Assembly (NCBI RefSeq): GCF_009914755.1
Contig: NC_060930.1
Length of the DNA: 64,000 nt
Strand: one strand, 5' to 3'
From: the human T2T-CHM13v2.0 reference genome, Homo sapiens
Made by a program: the position numbers and the translations under genes. The notes beneath the pieces are model-generated. The model searched no databases. It was not told where the DNA came from and worked only from the letters and a program-made list of their open reading frames with translations. Of this stretch, positions 40,311-53,862 are shown piece after piece; position 1 is the stretch's first letter, and each line of letters starts with the position of its first letter.

Positions 40311-43196
40311 TAATTTATAATTTATATAAAACTTATAAATATATTAATATTTTAAATATAACTCTTACTAGCAATTTGAGACTGCAACACCTATGTCAGT
40401 ATTTACCTAGTGTAGAACAGATAATTTACAACTTTTGTGAAATCTCCTACCATTACGTGTGTAAACTACAGTGGTAATGTCTCAAGGAAGGGTGAACTTA
40501 AACTCAACATGCATCCTTGCTGAAGGGTCAAAAGTAGCATAGATCTAGGTTCAGATCCTGATGACAACGTATTGCCTAGGTGACCTTGGCCTGTCATTTA
40601 CACTTTTCCTTTGTAAATGAGGATTGTAATGACCCCAAAGTCTGGTCACGAGGGGTAAATGATGGCATAATGAATAAAGGAGAACTTAATAAGCTTTTTT
40701 TTTCCAGGATAAACATACATCTTTCTGCCCTTTTGTTGGCATTCAAACCTGTGTTCAGACTTTCATTCTGCTACAAAATATCTTTGTATAGGCAGAGGGT
40801 GGGTTGGATTGCAGCTGATCTTGGCAGCAGATCATAAGAACTTTTATGTACCTGGCCTTTCAGTTTACTGGGATCTTTTCACTGTTATTCAAGCCCTAAG
40901 CATCTGAGCTGAAGTAGTTGTCTGATTGTTCCATTGTCATGTATTCCTTAATACCTACTTTCCATAGTTCTGTACAGATGCTTTTTATGCAAGTAATCTT
41001 TGACATAGAGACAGAACGGCTGAAAATAGATTTTCCCTTAGCTGAAACTTCTCCCAGGCAATTTAATTCTTTATCATCACTTTAGTTTGTTTTTCTAGTT
41101 TTCTTTTGTTATTTATCCCTAATATTGAGTCTAATGAAGATGCGAGTTTCAGTTTTCCTTCTCTTTTCCACAGCTAGACCTCCTCAGCCAGTAGGAAGCT
41201 CTACCCTTCCTCATTCTCTGATCATCAGCACCCCAGACACCCATTATTAGCAGATTCTAGTCAAGGCATGTGCTTCCCTTTGATGCTTTTGATTCACTAG
41301 TCCCTGACACATTTTAAACGCTGAATAAATGGTAAATATAATTTTCATCACCATAATTGTCAGGCATACCATGTTTACAAGTGCTAAGAAACGATAGATG
41401 AACTGACATCTCTCACCTCCTGGGTCACCAGATTCTATTTTTCTACTAATCTGATTGGTGGAGTGAGTATCTCTTTCTTTCTTCTCTATACCATGTTTGT
41501 CTTATCTGAAACAGTTCACTCAATCAAAAAGGATTACCTTTTTTTTTTTTTATAGAAGAAGACCTTCTTTTCTTTACCACATGAGTATATGAGTTAAGAT
41601 TTTCTTCTGCTAGAATTTCCAACAAGATTTAGCAGATCCACAGCTGTTAGACCTGTAGCAGTTAAACTTAAAATAATTCCTTATTAAGTCACTAAACCTG
41701 AATGTAGACGGTCATGTACAGATACTAGTAATAACCCTGTAAATAAACTCTCATATATTTTACATTCTTGATAAGAAAGAATAACAGTCAGTTATGATGT
41801 TTCTCCTTGGAAATATTTCTCAAGTTCAAGAATGGTTTTATTATTGCCTTTCTAAACAAGTGGAATATTTGGATGAACAGGTAATCAGTAAAATGTCCTT
41901 GCCTTAGTGCTAATAAACTTTGAAGAAGAGTTTTCAGCTGCTTTGAAGAATTTTTTTTTCCCGTCTGATACCTTGGAAGTAATTCAAGTTGTAATTTTCA
42001 CTGTTGCTATAGCCTGGCTATCACTTTAACGTGAAGGAGCAAAAAATGAAACTTGATAGGAGTCATCTATCAGAATAACTAGATCCAAGAGTTCAAAGGG
42101 GAAGCAGAAGAGACCAAGAAGAAGTGATTTTTTCTGTCAATTATACTGTGTTTTATCTGAAATGTTATGTATTAGGAAGAACTGTGTCAGATGTTGGATT
42201 CTCTGCACTCGCAGACACACATCATCCCTACCTTTCCAAGCCTTTTTTTCAACTTCCTCCTAGTGGTGAAAAGTATGTATAGCACTTGTGAATTACCTTA
42301 ATAGTCACTGCTTATCTATTGAGTTGAGGCATGTGTTAGCTATCATGCAAATTTAGAAAATATGATGCATGGTAACTATCACTTTGAGCAGTAGTATGTC
42401 AAAGTAAAAATAATGAAGAGAAGGAGATGTGATGTTGGAGCCAGTCCTGGAGACAACTAAAATGCCTCAGGTGGTGAGATATTTTGGCATTACAGATAGG
42501 TTTCTGGACCAATTTATCATAATCTTTCTTAGGACATCATTATATTTCAATCAAATCGAGCAACTTTATGTCAGGCAATTTAAAGAAGACAGCCCTATTT
42601 GTCTTGTGTAATAAAATCAGCAAATAAAGAGGTGATACCAATTTGTTGATTCCCCTTTGTTCAACAGTAGGCCCAGGGAAAATGCCTTTCGGTGCAGGTT
42701 TTATTTCCACTGATGAGTCCACCTTTCAGTGAATGCGATGCTCAAGACTCTCTGGATCATTTTTCCTGTCCTGAGGACAAGGATAGGGTTGAATCTGAAG
42801 TCATCATAGGTACATGATGGATATAATGCAGCACCAGCAGCATCAGTCTGTGAAGAGGGCTAAGCCTTTCATTATGCCTATCTTCAGCTGCCGTTTTTCT
42901 CAGTAAGCTGGTGCCTCACAGGACCATCCCTCTCAATTCTGCTACTTTGAAGTGAAGTCAGGAGACTTATCTTTAATTAGTTTATTTAATCCTAATGTTG
43001 GTTCATGAAATGTTTGTGGAAAGACTTAAAATCAGTTTATAGTATTGGCAGTTGTGGCTTTTAGTGCTCTGATGAGCATGTTGTGTTACAACGAACTATT
43101 AGACAATTTGAAGAATAGTTTGCTTCAAATTAGAGTGTATCAATACTTTCTTAAGGGGTTGCACCTGTAGTTTTAGCCATCAAATAATTATGATTA

Positions 43197-43869
43197 CAGT
43201 AGCCCCCTCTTATGCATGGTTTTGCTTTCTGCTGTTTCAGTCACCCACAGTAAGCTGCATTCTGAAAATATTAAATGGAAAATTCTAGAAATTCAGAAAT
43301 TTTGAATTATGCATTATTCTGAGTGTGTGACTAAATCTTGTGCTGTATCAGTCCTTCCTACCTGAGACATGAATTATTCTTTTTTCCAGTGTGTCCATGC
43401 CATATATGCTCCTGGTCCCTTAGACACTTACTAGCTGCTTTGGTTATCAGATTGACTGTCACTGTATCACAGTGCCTGTGGTGACTTGACCCTTGTTTTA
43501 TTTATTGTGGCTATTTATTGTGGTAACCCATATTTTACTGAATAATGGTACCAACACACAAGAGTAGTGATGCTGGCAATTCAGCTATGGCAAAGAGAAG
43601 CCATAAAAAGCTTTCTTTAAGTGAAAAGGTGGAAGTTTTGAGTTAATAAGGAGAAAGAATATATGCTGAAATCACTAAGATCTATGGCAAAAGTAAATCT
43701 TTCATCCACGAAATTGTGAAAAATGAAAAAGAAATTCATGCTAGTTTTGCTGCTGCGCCTCAAACTACAAAAGTGCATGCTACCGTGTGTGTATAGAAAA
43801 AACACAGTATGTATATTGAGTTCAGTACTATCAGCAGTTTTAGGCATTCACTGGGGGTCCTAGGACTGT
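43197..43869 (+). mobile_element. MER44-like (Tigger7-derived) DNA transposon
   Basis: ta-cagtagccccctcttat start; gagtagtgatgctggcaattcagctatggcaaagagaagcc; ggcattcactgggggtc end. Confidence 0.85.
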
Positions 43870-44067
43870 CATTGTCTAATTATATTTATTACTAAAATAT
43901 AAAAAAATGTACAAAGATTTCTTGAGTATCCTGGCTTCATTTTCTGAGGAAGCTGACTCAACTGGCTAAAAGGGACGGCACTTTTCCTTTGTAGTTGACA
44001 AAATGGAGGCCTAAGTGCAACTGGGTTGATTCTTACCTTATGAGTAAGAATCACAATTTTAACAAGT

Positions 44068-44536
44068 TGTATTAGTTTTCTGTGACTGTTAAAACAAACG
44101 ATCACAAATTTGGGGTAATTTATTCTATCACAGTTCTGGAGGCAAAAGTCAGAAATCAGAGTCACAAGGCCAAATCAAGGCTGTGCTTCCTTTAGAAGCT
44201 TCAGCAGAGTTTATATCTTACCTCTTCCAGCTTCTGGTAGCTACCGAGATTTCTTGTCTTATGGTCCCATCACTGTAGTGTGTGCTTCCATAGTCACATT
44301 GCCATCTCCTCTTTTATCTGTTATAAAATCTTCCTCTGCCTCAGTCTTATGAGGATACATGTGATTGTATTCAGGGCCCACCCTAGATAATCTCAGATTA
44401 TCTCCTTATCTCAAGATCCTTAACTTGATCACATTGGTAAAGACCTGTTTATTTTTTGTCATATAAAGTAGTGCTCATAGGTGCTAGGAATTAGAATGCA
44501 GATATCTTTTGGGAACCCATTATTCAGCCCACTACA
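44068..44536 (-). mobile_element. MaLR solo LTR, MLT1C/D-like
   Basis: tgtattagttttct...cattattcagcccactaca. Perfect 5-bp TSD caagt (44063-44067, 44537-44541). Confidence 0.9.
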
Positions 44537-45584
44537 CAAGTGTCACCAGGATGTTTAATGGATAAATAACATGATCAAAATTACTAACAACAGTGCTTTT
44601 CAGGAATTAGCAACATTCTTTACTAAGAACATAGAAAATCTAAGGTGGCAAATTTGGGGGCAGTTTGGCATGTGAACTAGAATGTTAAAAAATACAATTA
44701 AAAATGAAACTTGCAGACTTTGTATAGATTTGAGGTTGTCTGGAATAGTATATTTAAATTTTTATAAATTTTAGATAAGGCATTTGTTGTCTGTCCACAA
44801 CTTTGAATGTTTTCCAAAATCTAGAGCTTGTCTGCTAGGTCACTATATTCTGTTCTGAGGATATTATTTGAGATGAGAAGGTTAAAATGGATATTTTTCC
44901 TCATCAATACATAGATTAAATATATATTGGCATGTTCTGGAAGCTATAAAAAACACTCCACCAAAATTGTGAGTTTTTTCTCACATTAAGGAACTTATAT
45001 CTTTCATCATTATAAAAAATTTTGTTTTGACCTAGAATTGATCCTTTAGTTTGTATATTGATCCCAGGATCCCTTTGTCAGATAATCTGACCCAGAATCT
45101 GATATAGAGAGGCAATTACTGAGTTCCCATGTAAAACTACAGCTCTCTTCCTGATTCTACCTGTTCTATATCACATCTCTTCTCCATTACATATTATCCA
45201 GTTCTGAGGCCTTATGATTTGGTTCTTATAGTCATGGATTGCTCTCCTACAAACTAGTGGCTGACTTCTTTATTGTCTGTCTGTAGATATACTTGGGCAG
45301 TGACTGCTTCCCACCCTTTAACTTACCTGCCTCTCCAAGGTGTCTTGAAATATTATGTTTCTTTCTTAATTTTAATCCTCAATTATGGCAAAGTGAAAAA
45401 TAATAATGTGAAGAAACTCAAACACTATGGTCAATAGCTTGAAAAGTCTTATTTCTCCTTAGTTGAATGATGAAAATGAATTGTTGAGGCTATAGTGTTC
45501 TAGATATTGGCTTGTTAAATGTTGAATACAAGAAACAGTGATTTTACTAGCCTGTGTTTTAGAAAAGACTAATCCACAGACATT

Positions 45585-46655
45585 TATTAATTCATTCAAC
45601 AAACAAGAGTATTTCATTTTCCAGGACATTTGCTAGGTGATGGGGGAAAATTACAAACAAAAACAGACTTGCTTTGTGCCCTCTTGGAGCTTACATGCCA
45701 GTATGGAGGGTCAGATATTAAGTAGTCACAAAACATTACACATTACAATTTTGAGTGATAAAAGACCTATTCCAGAAAACGTTAGTGCTTGTAATTGGTT
45801 ACTCAGCCTAGTTGAAGAGAAGCATTCAGGGAGAGTTTCCCTGAAGAGGCAATATCTGTATGGGAATTTGAGAGATGAATGGAAATTAGCAAAATGGAGC
45901 GAGTGGAGAGCATTCCATACCACGGGCATATGCACAAACATCCTGTGGTGAGAGGGGGCATGGCATGTCAAAGGAACTGTGAGATTGGAATAATTAGAAG
46001 TATCACAGTAAGACTGGAAGGGTAGGTAAGAATCAGATTATATTAGAGTTTATATGCCTTTTAAAAATTTAGTCTTGCCAGAGAGTCATAGGAAACTATT
46101 GAATACTTTCAGCAGAAGTATCATGTGATCAGATTTGTTTTATTTTGATTAATCATTTGATTAATTGGATTGTTCATTATTTTACTCTAAAGTAAAGTAA
46201 AATACTCTGCAATGAAGTGTTTGAATACACAGGTAGCTCCAGTTACAATGTTTGCGCCTCATGCTGGTACGCAGTATGCCCACAGCCATAAACCTGTTTT
46301 CATTGTTACTGTTATTTTCTAATTTCTCAGAGTTTTATTTATTTTTAAATGTATTTTTATTTTATTTTATTGTGGTAATAACACTTAATATCAGATCTAT
46401 CCTCTTAACAAACTTTTAAGTGTTTAAGACATTGTTGTTGACTATTGGTATGGTGTTGTACAGCAGATCTCTCTAGAGCTTATTCAGCTTACTTAACTGA
46501 AACTTTTTGCCCATTGATTAGTATCTTCCCATGTACCTGACAGGGGAGACAGCATGATCAGATTTATGTTTTAAAAAGGCCACTCTTCTGTGTAGAGACG
46601 AGTTTGTAGGAAAGCAAGAATGGCTGTAGGACACCTAGTTAGGAAACTACTGCAA
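45585..46655 (-). mobile_element. L2 fragments (antisense 3' end), interrupted
   Basis: attcattcaacaaac...gccctcttggagcttaca...tgatcagattt...agttaggaaactactgcaa. Confidence 0.65.
46345..46532 (-). mobile_element. L1MA8/9-like 3' end fragment
   Basis: ttattgtggtaataacacttaatatcagatctatcctcttaacaaacttttaagtg...tgtacagcagatctc. Confidence 0.8.
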
Positions 46656-47934
46656 AAATAAATATTAAAAAAAATTCACTCTACTATTCTATATTCTTCG
46701 ATTTCATGTTTTTCTGGTTTCCTTCATTGTGCCTGAATGAATATGTATTTGTTTAAAGAACAACAAGAGATTCATGAATGAATAGTTTCAGCTATGGCTT
46801 GGTGCAGGAGACTCAGACCAGCTATCCTCTGTGTTTTCAGTGTCTCTGATGTTTGTCATTGATACCCATATTATATCGAGAAACTCAAAAGTTCTATAGC
46901 ATCATAAAAATACAGAGACATAAATGTTCTAAATACAACAAATCACTCATTGGTGTAATAAGGAAAGAAATTACAAAAGTTATAGGAATATAGGGCAGAC
47001 ATCCCATATCTCAAATCCTTGTGGACCAGTAAGTGATTAAGCAAAATTAAAGGTCTGATTAAGATGGCAAAGGGTATAGAGATTCCTGAGGTTCTTGGTA
47101 ATTATGCAATAGAAATTTAATCCAAATTGTCAGGAAATTAGTCTTTGAAGGATAAGAAGATGATAACTAGGTCAGTTGACAATATGGTATGAATATTTTG
47201 TCTGAGCTTAAGAAGAGGTCATTCTAACTGCTTCATTAAGACTCAAATATTTTATTAAAATAGAGATATTCTAAGAATGTCAAGCTTTAGGAAAAAATCT
47301 AGGAATTACAAAAATATATTTTAAGTTGAAAGTGCTTGTTGCCCATCCAGGAACTGAATTGATAGCCACAAATATATACAGTTAATATTTCTGCTGAAAA
47401 TTATCTTAAATTTACCACAAAATATATAACATATTGCAAGCTAAAACAGAAGCTTTGAAGTTTTTCTATGTTTGCTGTTTGAGTTGGATTCCATGGCATG
47501 TGGGTGTCTCAGTCAGAAGTATTGTTAGTGTGTCCTCCTGCTTAATGAAGGGGAGAGTGGAGGCAGCAAAGATTTGCCTTGATTGGCTTCTATCAGAACT
47601 AATATTTTCCTATTTTTTAATTTGCAGAGATCAGATCCAGAGCCTGACAAGTTTATTTACTTGGAGAAGCAGATTCTAGGTTCTAGAAAAGAAGGCTGAA
47701 AATACAACTTTAAGGGAAAGGATAATCTGATGACTAATTCTCATTTATCAAAAAGCCACTTTGCCTTAGATCTATCTCTATAAACTCCATGCTTCACCAT
47801 AAAATCCTTCTAACTTTATTGAAAAAAGGGGGCCACCTGGCAAATAACACCAAGAGTATTATTTCTGGGTTCATTTAACCCAACGACAATTATTTATCTT
47901 ACTAAAATCCATTTCTAGGTCTACAAACCTATTG

Positions 47935-48170
47935 TGTAGTTCATGAATACATAGGCTTTAGTCCTAGATAGTTGGAGCAGATCCTGGCTATACCAATTGT
48001 TAGCCATAAGCCACGATTAATGTACTTAAGTTCTCCAAGTTTCTCATCTTTAGAATGGGGATAATAGTGCTATTTACTTTATATAATTATTGGGAGGAGG
48101 AAATGGCTTCATAAATATAAAGAACTTAGCAAAGTGAATGACACATAATAAACCATAAATAATTGCAGCA
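47935..48170 (+). mobile_element. MIR
   Basis: agtttctcatctttagaatggggataatagt...aaagaacttagcaaagtgaatgacacata. Confidence 0.7.
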
Positions 48171-49060
48171 ACTGCTTTTATTAGGAAGTCTTCCAGATGT
48201 TTGTAATATTTGTCCAGTTGTCATCACAGACAGAAATAAAAGAATAAAAAATTTCCATTGAGAATTACGCTAATTATATAAACATAATGCATATTCTATG
48301 AAACTAACAGATTCTCAGAGGTAATTATACAATTTTAGGAGAAAACATTATTTTAAAATTTACCAGTAAAACATTGTTATAAATATCAATAAAATATTGT
48401 CCAACCTACTGAAACATTTAGAACATTCTCTTCACTTTTCATAGCCATGGACTATGAAAGTGTTATGGCATATTATATGTTTTTTGTTATATTCAAAAAT
48501 AGTTTATCCTTGGGAAAATATTAACTGTGGTAGGAAATTCTACAAAGTTAGTGACTGGAGGGAATAAACCTAATGCATATGTTGAATATCCTAGTGTTTT
48601 CTCAATTTGTTTAAATGGGATAAATCGTGATATTTTTTGAAAAATGCAATTTATATGAAAATGTAATTTGTAGACATTCAGCAGCCCATTCACATGGTAA
48701 AAACTTGTCATAAATCCCCCAAAAGTACAGTCTTACATTCTCATGACTATTTATCAAAAATGGAATATTTTTCTGTAGACATGATAGACAACTTAGTATT
48801 ATACATTTGGGGTTTTTAAAGATTCATATTTTGTTTCAGAAACAGGCTATTATTTCTGATTGACTACTTTGGGTTTTAAAACCAATATTGTCATTAGCAA
48901 AAAAGTATACCAAGTTATGTAAGCATAAACAAAACCAGGCTATATTTGAACAACACCTCAAAGGAAGTTTCTCAAGAAGTGATTTAGGTAATTTAGAAAA
49001 TATTTTTTTGTCTCTGATGTTTTGATATGTTACATATAGATGCAAGAATTTAATTGCCTT

Positions 49061-49424
49061 TGTGTTTAGTCTGTTCTGGCTGCTATAATAGAATACCATT
49101 TACTAGGTGGCTTATAAACAACAGAAATTTATTTCTCACAGTTTTGAAGCCTGGGAAGTACAAGATCAAGGTGCAGATTCAGTGTGTTGTGAGGGCCCAC
49201 TTTTTTGTTCATGGATGATACCTTCATTCTGTGTTGTCACATGGTGAAGAGGCAAGGCAGCTCTCTGGGGCCTCTTATTATGGCACTAATCCCATTCATG
49301 AGGGCTCTAGCTTTATGATCTAATCACTTTCTATAAGCCCCACCTCCTAATACTATCACATTAGTGATTATGTTTTGACATATGAATTTTTATGGTGACT
49401 CAGACATTTGGGCTATATATAGCA
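49061..49424 (-). mobile_element. MaLR solo LTR, MSTD-like
   Basis: ttagtctgttctggctgctataa...gcactaatcccattcatgagggctc...atagca. Confidence 0.88.
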
Positions 49425-50386
49425 CCTTGGATGATCATTTAGAAATCACAAAACTAAAATCCTAATCCCTTTATTTCTACAATGCCTTACAATGTTTCTC
49501 TTGAGATCATCTGCTTTACCTCTTCTTAGGTAATTAATCCCAGAGAAGGTCTTCCAGGTATTCCTACCTACTCCACATGAAAGTATCTGCTGTTGACTGT
49601 ATTTTAAAGGAACCATATTATAGATATTTGGCAGTGTCTGCCTCACCTACCATCCTTTTCTGTATCACATGGTCCCCACCCTTTAAACCCTGACCATTGT
49701 TGCTTGGGCCAGAGCTAGACTGAGATTCATTCAGTAAGACCCTTTTCTCTATTACTTAGAAAGTGAGTTTTTGAACCAGTAATCTGTTGCAATTTCAATG
49801 GCTGACTTTTCATTTTTGGGTAACCCTCTTCCAAAATCTTAGAAAAAAGGATACCTAATTTTCAAAGAGAGAAGGACTAGACAGATTACACAAAGAAAAG
49901 CAAGCATGAATTTCATGAGTCCCCAAAAGGAAAAGAGAGTAATTTTATTTCCTGACACTTTGCAGCTGCTGATTGCAGTCCCTCAGGAGACCCAAGTATT
50001 CATGAGTTCTATGAGCTTTTCTTGTATGCTTACAACAAATTTCTTTGTAGCTTAAGCTATCTTGTGTGAGTTTCTGCTATTTGCAACCAAAGTGCCTCTA
50101 TTAAGGAATAAATTCAAGTCTATGGCCTTATATGGGGAAAAACGGTGGTAAGGGTGGCAGGATTTTTCTGTATGAAATTGTGTAAGTTTAAATTTATATA
50201 TCCCTCAAAAGCATCTGAAACAGGACATTTTGGTGAATGGCACAAAAAGCAGGTGTGAATAATAATTTTAGGAATTGCCGACCACTGACAAAATGTGAAA
50301 TGATATTTTATGTACCAGGAATGTTTTGTCAATCTTTGAGGAGGAATATAAAGAAATAATTTATGAAGCATGAAAGAGAAAATTGC

Positions 50387-51778
50387 CCTCTCCCCCTCCC
50401 CCTCCCCCTCCTCCGCACGGTCTCCCTCTGATGCCCAGCCGAGGCTGGACTGTACTGCCGCCATCTCGACTCACTGCAACCTCCCTGCCTGATTCTCCTG
50501 CCTCAGCCTGCCGAGTGCCTGGGATTGCAGGCGCGTGCCGCGACGCCTGACTGGTTTTCGTATTTTTTGGTGGAGACGGGGTTTCCCCGTGTTGGCCAGC
50601 CTGGTCTCCAGCTCCTGAGCGCGAGTGATCTGCCAGCCTCGGCCTCCTGAGGTGCCGGGATTGCAGATGGAGTCTTGCTCACTCAGTGCTCAATGTTGCC
50701 CAGGCTGGAGTGCAGTGGCATGATCTCGGCTGGCTACAACTTCCACCTCCCAGCTGCCTGCCTTGGCCTCCCAAAGTGCCGAGATTGCAGCCTCTGCCTG
50801 GCTGCCACCCCGTCTAGGAAGTGAGGAGTGTCTCTGCCTGGCCGCCCATCATCTGGGATGTGAGGAGCCCCTCTGCCTGGCCGCCCAGTCTGGGAAGTGA
50901 GGAGCGCCTCTTCCCGGCCTCATCCCAGCTAGGAAGTGAGGAGTGTCTCTGCCTGGCTGCCCATCGTCTGGGATGTGTGGAGCGCCTCTGCCCCGCCGCC
51001 CCGTCTGAGATGTGAAGAGCGCCTCTGCCTGGCTGCGACCCTGTTGGGAACTGAGGAGTGTCTCTGCCCCGCCGCCACCCCGTCTGGGAAGTGAGGAGCA
51101 TCTCTGAACGGCCACCCCGTCTGAGAAGTGAGGAGCCCCTCCGCCTGGCAGCCGCCCCGTCTGGGAAGTGAGGAGCGTCTCTGCCCGGCAGCCGCCCCGT
51201 CCAGGAGGTGGGGGGCAGCCCCCGCCCGGCCAGCCGCCCCGTTCGGGGGGTGTACCCAACAGCTCATTGAGAATGGTCCATGATGATGATGGCGGTTTTG
51301 TCGAATAGAAAAGGGGGAAATGTGGGGAAAAGAAAGAGAGATCACATTGTTACTGTGTCTGTGTAGAAAGAAGCAGACATAGGAGACTCCATTTTGTTCT
51401 GTACTAAGAAAAATTCTTCTGCCTTGGGATGCTGTTAATCTATAACCTTACCCCCAACCCCATGCTCTCTGAAACATGTGCTGAGTCCACTAAGGGTTAA
51501 ATAGATTAAAGGCAGTGCAAGATGTGCTTTGTTAAACAGATGCTTGAAGGCAGCATACTGGTTAAGAGTCATCACCACTCCCTAATCACAAGTTCCCAGG
51601 GACACAAACATTGCGGAAGGTGGCAGGGCCTTCTGCCTAGGAAAACCAGAGACCTTTGTTCACATGTTTATCTGCTGACCTTCCCTCCACTGTTGTCCTA
51701 TGACCCTGCCAAATCCCCCTCTCCGAGAAACACCCAAGAATGATCAATAACTACTAAAAAAATTGAAAAAAAAAAAAA
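50387..51778 (+). mobile_element. SVA retrotransposon (SVA_B-like), complete domain order
   Basis: CCCTCT-type hexamers, antisense Alu-like domain, GC-rich VNTR (about 50790-51250), SINE-R, poly(A). 14-bp TSD aaagagaaaattgc (50373-50386, 51779-51792). Confidence 0.97.
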
Positions 51779-53862
51779 AAAGAGAAAATTGCGTGGGGAT
51801 TTCTTAGGGTAATTTTTACAATTAGGAATTTTTGCCTCTGATTTTAGAATCTAACCCCTTTGTGTAAGGCATGACTCCACTGCACAGTCTCAGAGAGAAT
51901 TTAAGTAATGTCCCTAAAGTCACAGCAGGTGTTTGCTAGAACTGAGATCAATTCCAAGACACATTTTGTCGGCTACTTTTTTATTCTGCCTCCTCTGGTG
52001 ATCCTAAACCTTGGAGTGTTGCCAGGCTTGACTCTTATAGGAAGTACATTTTTCAATTAGTGATTTGTTCAAAGAAAGGATATAAATAAAGGAAGCTCTG
52101 ACATTCCTTATCTACATTCCTTGCTCCTTTTAGGTATTCATCTTCTACCCATCTCTGCTCTTTCCCAGGCCCACGGCTACTACAGAGGAAAACACTTGGG
52201 CATTACCATTATTTAGTAGCGTGTAACTTCCCACCACCCATCTTTACTGCCCCTTCCTCTACTTTTCTTGTGATTCTGCCAGACTAGAAGTCATATTTGA
52301 GATATTTTAAAGTAGGATGGTGACATTGGGAACCTTCAAAAAAATAGAGGCTTGTGGTATAATTCTTCTTTGTATACTGTGTAAGCTAACAGCTATAAGT
52401 ATTGTTATGAGTAAATGACCACCTTTGTCAGCTATCACAATTAAAAATTGAGGCCTAGAGACTGAATATTTCTTATTATTTTAAATAAAGCTGATAGCAT
52501 TAGGAGATTCCAGCATAATGTTTTAAAGTGTGTTTAGGTGGTTATCTATAGTTGATGATGACAAATGAGCACAGCTTATGGCTCTTTTCATATGAATTGA
52601 TCCATGCTAAAAATACCAGTATAGCTCCTATTGCAATATGTTGTGAGCATAAGAACAATGACAAATTTAGGATGATTCAGTTACCTGAGCTGTAGCAAGA
52701 AAACAATTAGCCTGTTTTTGAAGAATATGAGAATAAACACCATAGCTATTGTAATGACTAAAATATCTCTGACAGAATTACTATAATTTTCTTCTCTAAG
52801 AGAAATTCCCTACTGTATGATTTGGGGGTCATACTTGTAGTGCCAGAGATCAGTTTAGGTGGAGAGATAGCAAGCAAGTTTCATAAGTTATTATTACTTC
52901 CAAAGTCTAGCAGGAAAAAGGAACAACATCAGAAATAATTGATAGGGAAGGGATGAGAGAGATAAAAAGAGATGGACTGGGAAAAATTTAATGACTCTTT
53001 GTGGCTTTACATCTGTCACAGTTTTTGTGCTACATTAAAGTTTCATTATTTTCACATTTTGTGTTTTCATATTTTTTCATCTCCTTCTTTCTGCTAAATT
53101 TACCAAGTAATACAATGTAGATAATGGAGAGCTATTTCTACAAATGTCATTGAATCTGTTACTGGAAATGAATAAAGTGTTTCACTGATGCATTTCCTTC
53201 AAAATGCATTTTCAATTAGCAGGAGAGGATTTGTGTACAAAATATACTCTTTACAAAATTACATAAAAATAACTTAATATGAAAAAAATGGAAACCTAAA
53301 GTGATGAATATGTGTATCTTTGTCTCTGTTTAATTTCACTGGATCAAATGATTGTGTCAACCTGCATTTACAAACTTTATTTTCTTGTGATATTTGGAAT
53401 TTACCTAGAAATACACTCTACCTCAGCTCCTTGACCTTTCACTTGACATGGCATGCATTTTAATTATGATTTCTATTAATTTCACCAACAGATTAAAGAT
53501 ATGTTTTGTATGAATATTTGAGGGCATTTGTTGAATGATTTTCATAACCATGTATTTGCATAATTATCTTGGAGTGAATCTTCATTCTGAGTTAAGAAAG
53601 AACAGTGATCCTGTTCTGTTTCCATGACTGAATCATCATGTAACCTCTTGCAAGAACTTGCATTTTTGGTGCCTTAGTTGACTCAAGTAGAAGTGAATGG
53701 GTTTTAATAGCTTGCCTGAGGCATGTTTGTCTCATAAATGTGTGGAGGCACGCTGTAACTTAAGATGCTGTTACTTCAAACAAGCACTGAGCTTCTACAT
53801 AACTGTTGCAGGAAAAGCAGGAGGGAAGGGATCCACGTCTTCATTCACCATTTCTTTCTTTT

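Noticed and set aside
42668-42809. Possible exon (ttgttcaacag ... catag|gtacat)
   Set aside because: Weak donor, no recognisable coding frame and no partner exons; cannot be supported from sequence alone.
50814-51345. Overlapping 95-138 aa ORFs and CpG-island-like composition
   Set aside because: A by-product of the GC-rich SVA VNTR.
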